DNA of 64,000 bases from Micavibrio sp. (GTDB taxonomy: Bacteria > Pseudomonadota > Alphaproteobacteria > Micavibrionales > UBA2020). The stretch covers positions 435,290 through 499,289 of the forward strand of contig JAPWJZ010000008.1 in NCBI GenBank assembly GCA_028283745.1, written 5' to 3'. Positions within the stretch are counted from its first letter, which is position 1. Every line of letters starts with the position of its first letter. The notes beneath the pieces are model-generated. The model made no database searches. It was not told the DNA's origin and saw only the letters and a list, made by a program, of their open reading frames with translations. A program made the position numbers and the translations under genes. This document shows, piece by piece, positions 62,594-64,000 of this stretch.

Positions 62594-63190
62594 TTAGGCA
62601 TGGCCATGAAAATCCTGCGCCGCGCCGGCGGTAATCATGTGGGCGGGAATGCCCATTGTTTCGTCGCTGCCGACTTGCAGCGGCACGGGGTTTTCAAGAA
62701 CATCCTGAAGCTGCTTGCGGGCGCGGCTGAGGCGCGAGCGCACCGTGCCGACGGGAATTTGCAGCTTTTCCGAAACTTCTTCATAGCGCAGGCCGCGAAT
62801 GCAGACCAGCACCAGCATTTCGCGGTGTTCGGCCGACAGGGTTTTCATCGCGTCACGCACCTTGGCAAGGTCAGTGACCGCTTCCTGATGCGGCGCGACC
62901 GAGGCTTGCTCGATATACGGCGTGGGGTCGTACTGGGTTTCAAACTTCTTCTTGCGGCGGTATTGCGACGCGAAAATATTGAACATGATTTTAGAAGACC
63001 AGCTGAACAGGTTGGTGCCGTCCATGAAATATTCTTTCTTCTCGAGGGCGCGCAGCAGGGTGGCTTGCACCAGATCTTCCGCGTCGCTGCTGTTACGGGT
63101 CAGGCGCAGCGCAAAACGCTGAAGATTGGCCATTTCCGCAACCAGTGCTTTTTGATCGAACATGAAGACCTTCCTTTTCTTTTCTGTCAT
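62594..63190 (-). CDS. ECF-type RNA polymerase sigma factor
   Basis: Region 2 (DAEDLVQATLLRAL..FSW) and region 4 (LSAEHREMLVLVCIRGLRYEEVSEKLQIPVGTVRSRLSRARKQL). Confidence 0.85.
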   Translation of the reverse strand: MTEKKRKVFMFDQKALVAEMANLQRFALRLTRNSSDAEDLVQATLLRALEKKEYFMDGTNLFSWSSKIMFNIFASQYRRKKKFETQYDPTPYIEQASVAPHQEAVTDLAKVRDAMKTLSAEHREMLVLVCIRGLRYEEVSEKLQIPVGTVRSRLSRARKQLQDVLENPVPLQVGSDETMGIPAHMITAGAAQDFHGHA

Positions 63191-63357
63191 TGTCGTTTGC
63201 TCATCTAAGTTCAGGCTATCAAGCTCGTGTAAGGCCTTGTCGTCAGGCTTGTAACGGCACCGAAAAATTTTGTATCTTTTTTGTAATAAGCTGCTTATAG
63301 CTTGGTTCTAACTATATAAATTTCCAAGATTTTTACATAAATACAAGGTTCCTTGGC

Positions 63358-64000
63358 TTGCATAAGGCGACTGTCCTGACCGTTGACGATGATGAAAACC
63401 TCCAGCTGGTCATGCGCCAGTATCTGGAATCGCAGGGTTATCTCATCCAGTCGGCGCTCAATGGCGCTGAAATGATGCAAAAGCTGGAAACCAGCCATCC
63501 CGATATCATCCTGCTCGACCTTGTCCTGCCCGATAATGACGGGCTGACGCTGCTTTCGTCGCTGCGCACCAAAAGCAAGGCACCGGTTATTGTCGTCAGC
63601 GGCAAGAATGAACCGACCGATCGTATCGTCGGCCTTGAAATGGGTGCAGATGATTATTTGACCAAGCCCTTTGAAATGCGCGAGCTTTCGGCCCGCATCA
63701 AGGCCGTGCTGCGCCGGACGACGGCGGAACCGGTTGAAAAGGGCGTCACCGCGGGCGAGGCCGGCAGCACGCTTGCCAAGGCGAATCGCATCGCCTTCTC
63801 CGGCTGGGTGCTGGACAGGCTGCAGTACCAGCTGTTTGACAGCAATAACGCGCCCGCAGACCTGACCAGCGGCGAATTCAAGCTGCTGGAGGCTTTGGTT
63901 ATTTCCCCCAACCGCGTGCTGTCGCGGGAGCAGTTATTCGAGCTGACCCGCCAGGGTGATTTTGATGTTTATGACCGGGTGATAGATATCCAGATCGCCC
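63358..64000 (+). CDS. OmpR-family response regulator (receiver + winged-helix), 3' end outside the window; TTG start proposed
   Basis: VLTVDDDENLQ..ILLDLVLPDNDG..K receiver, then LTSGEFKLLEALVISPNRVLSREQL trans_reg_C. AAGG lies 9 nt upstream of TTG 63358. Confidence 0.75.
   Translation, partial: MHKATVLTVDDDENLQLVMRQYLESQGYLIQSALNGAEMMQKLETSHPDIILLDLVLPDNDGLTLLSSLRTKSKAPVIVVSGKNEPTDRIVGLEMGADDYLTKPFEMRELSARIKAVLRRTTAEPVEKGVTAGEAGSTLAKANRIAFSGWVLDRLQYQLFDSNNAPADLTSGEFKLLEALVISPNRVLSREQLFELTRQGDFDVYDRVIDIQIA

Noticed and set aside
62594-63190. ECF sigma as a canonical EcfG with NepR/PhyR partners
   Set aside because: No small anti-sigma ORF upstream or downstream. The divergent regulator has a C-terminal OmpR-type winged helix rather than the PhyR sigma-like domain.

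Overview
This is a high-GC (~60%) chromosomal segment, probably alphaproteobacterial; that is an inference from the fused TrpE(G), the DUF1328 protein, the PuuD/PuuE urate pathway and an EcfG-like promoter. It is densely packed with metabolic operons. Left to right: (1) a 5'-partial pncA followed by an unusual 1190-aa fusion of a NadD/NadM-like adenylyltransferase domain with glutamine-dependent NAD synthetase. (2) Two tandem Yip1-family paralogs, each followed by the same 27-nt repeat/terminator. (3) A compact nine-gene de novo purine operon, purF-E-C-D-N-(S)L-Q-H-M, with translationally coupled genes. (4) mntP preceded by a yybP-ykoY (Mn) riboswitch-like leader. (5) guaB and guaA split by an AT-rich, apparently foreign membrane-protein gene whose start overlaps the guaA stop. 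(6) A block of large uncharacterised genes on the minus strand: a 454-aa protein with CorA-like C-terminal 2-TM topology, a 57-aa ORF in ATGA coupling, an 844-aa protein with two degenerate GGDEF/cyclase-like palm motifs, an 800-aa M48 metallopeptidase and a beta-propeller hydrolase-like protein. This block is my best candidate for an undescribed system. (7) Flotillin, a GAF histidine kinase with a CheY-like regulator, an MFS transporter and a FecR-like protein. (8) Malate synthase plus a complete urate-to-glyoxylate pathway (puuD, uraH, puuE, uraD, alc, allA). (9) A ROK kinase and a cupin. (10) A 1865-aa RTX-type calcium-binding tandem-repeat protein. (11) A whole-pathway trp operon, trpE(G)DCFBA, with a Trp-Trp leader peptide (trpL) and an apparent frameshift in trpE(G) at a C6 homopolymer. 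(12) An ABC exporter, a DUF1328 gene behind an EcfG-type promoter-like motif, a CHASE3-PAS hybrid histidine kinase, an ECF sigma factor and a 3'-partial OmpR-type regulator. I saw no rRNA, tRNA, CRISPR array, transposase or integrase by eye. Many long antisense ORFs in the six-frame track are high-GC artefacts and are not called.
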